Source of the DNA: Patescibacteria group bacterium
GTDB taxonomy: Bacteria > Patescibacteriota > Minisyncoccia > Phycocordibacterales > CAIRYW01
Length of the DNA stretch: 64,000 bases
NCBI GenBank assembly: GCA_040389185.1
Contig: JAZKAJ010000005.1
Location: forward strand, 19,887 to 83,886
Reading direction: 5' to 3'
The notes under the pieces were generated by a model. That model worked only from the letters and a program-made list of their open reading frames with translations, had not been told where the DNA came from and searched no databases. Position numbers and translations under genes: made by a program. Position 1 is the stretch's first letter. Each line of letters starts with the position of its first letter. Shown in pieces: positions 63,041 to 64,000 of the stretch.

Positions 63041-64000
63041 ATGAACAACACAGAAATTCGAAATATTGCGATTATTGCTCACGTGGACCACGGAAAGACG
63101 ACTCTTACCGATGCCCTGATGAAGCAAACTGGTGCAAACGCCGGTGATGTATCAATGGACTCAAACGCCCTCGAACAGGAACGAGGTATTACTATCTACG
63201 CCAAAAACACTTCTATCCGATACAAGGATACAAAGATCAACATCGTGGATACACCAGGACACGCTGACTTCGGTTCAGAAGTAGAGCGAGTGCTCCGATC
63301 TATTGACTGTGTGCTTCTTGTTGTTGATGCTCAGGAAGGACCAATGCCACAGACACGATTCGTACTCAAGAAATCTCTCGAGCTCGGTCTTAAACCTATT
63401 GTTGTCATCAACAAGATCGACAAGCCAGCTGCAAACCCGGCCAAAGCTCACGATGAAGTTTTGGAACTTTTCCTCGACCTCGGAGCAAACGACGAACAGT
63501 GCAACTTTCCTACTGTATATGCTATCGGACGAGAAGGAGTTGCAATGAAGCATCTTGAAGACGCGCGAGTAGATCTCTCACCACTTTTGGATGTTGTACT
63601 CGAACATGTTCCAGTTGCAAACACAAAAGATGATGTACCACTTCGAGCACAAGCTTTCAACCTTGCATACGATAACTTCCTAGGACGTATGGCGATCTGC
63701 CGAATGTACGAAGGTACAATCAAAGATGGTCAGACAGTAACAGTGAAGAAACAATCAGGTGAAGTAAAAACTGGACGACTTACAAAACTCTACACATTCG
63801 AAGGTATTGCAAAGAAAGAAGTTGCAGAAGCTCACTCAGGTGACATCATGATGATCGCTGGTATTCCTGATATTTATATTGGAGATACTATTTGTTTCGA
63901 TGCATCTCAAGAATCTCTTCCATCAATTAATGTTGATGAGCCAACTATCGCTCTCGACTTCATTGTTAACGATTCACCATTCGCAGGTAAAGAAGGAAAG
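63041..64000 (+). CDS. typA: Translational GTPase TypA/BipA, N-terminal 320 aa; the CDS continues beyond the window.
   Basis: N-terminus [29 protein letters not shown] with G1-G4 motifs and BipA-like domain II. Confidence 0.9.
   Translation, partial: MNNTEIRNIAIIAHVDHGKTTLTDALMKQTGANAGDVSMDSNALEQERGITIYAKNTSIRYKDTKINIVDTPGHADFGSEVERVLRSIDCVLLVVDAQEGPMPQTRFVLKKSLELGLKPIVVINKIDKPAANPAKAHDEVLELFLDLGANDEQCNFPTVYAIGREGVAMKHLEDARVDLSPLLDVVLEHVPVANTKDDVPLRAQAFNLAYDNFLGRMAICRMYEGTIKDGQTVTVKKQSGEVKTGRLTKLYTFEGIAKKEVAEAHSGDIMMIAGIPDIYIGDTICFDASQESLPSINVDEPTIALDFIVNDSPFAGKEGK

Overview
This is an AT-rich (roughly 35-38% GC) bacterial chromosomal segment with small, tightly packed genes. Its gene content is typical of a reduced-genome bacterium and is reminiscent of CPR/Patescibacteria, but I cannot verify the taxonomy from sequence alone.

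The conserved backbone, mostly on the minus strand, includes:
- a division/cell-wall (dcw) cluster, mraZ-rsmH-ftsL-ftsI-murF
- lysS and greA
- a long proS-mreB-mreC-mreD-mrdA operon
- rseP-frr, a second mreB paralog with a short holB-like gene and murA, priA-like, fmt-def, hpf, purH and an orphan sensor kinase
- a dgkA / uppP / DedA-PAP2 cluster
- metK preceded by a SAM-I riboswitch
- a MacAB-like ABC efflux operon and the start of typA/bipA

Accessory or unusual content includes:
- a tRNA-Glu surrounded by higher-GC hypothetical ORFs, an orphan EctC-like cupin and a duplicated phosphotransferase gene 5' fragment
- a tRNA (most consistent with Asn-GUU) interrupted in the anticodon loop by a canonical group I intron, flanked by pseudo-tRNA fragments
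- several families of GC-rich palindromic hairpins, one copy repeated exactly at two loci
- a structured inverted-repeat element bracketing a small VOC/membrane-peptide module
- a conserved 5' leader shared by the ftsI and proS transcription units
- many solitary ORFs whose GC is higher than the surrounding sequence

No CRISPR array, complete transposase or recognisable defence system is visible. Function calls rest on motif-level recognition, not database searches.
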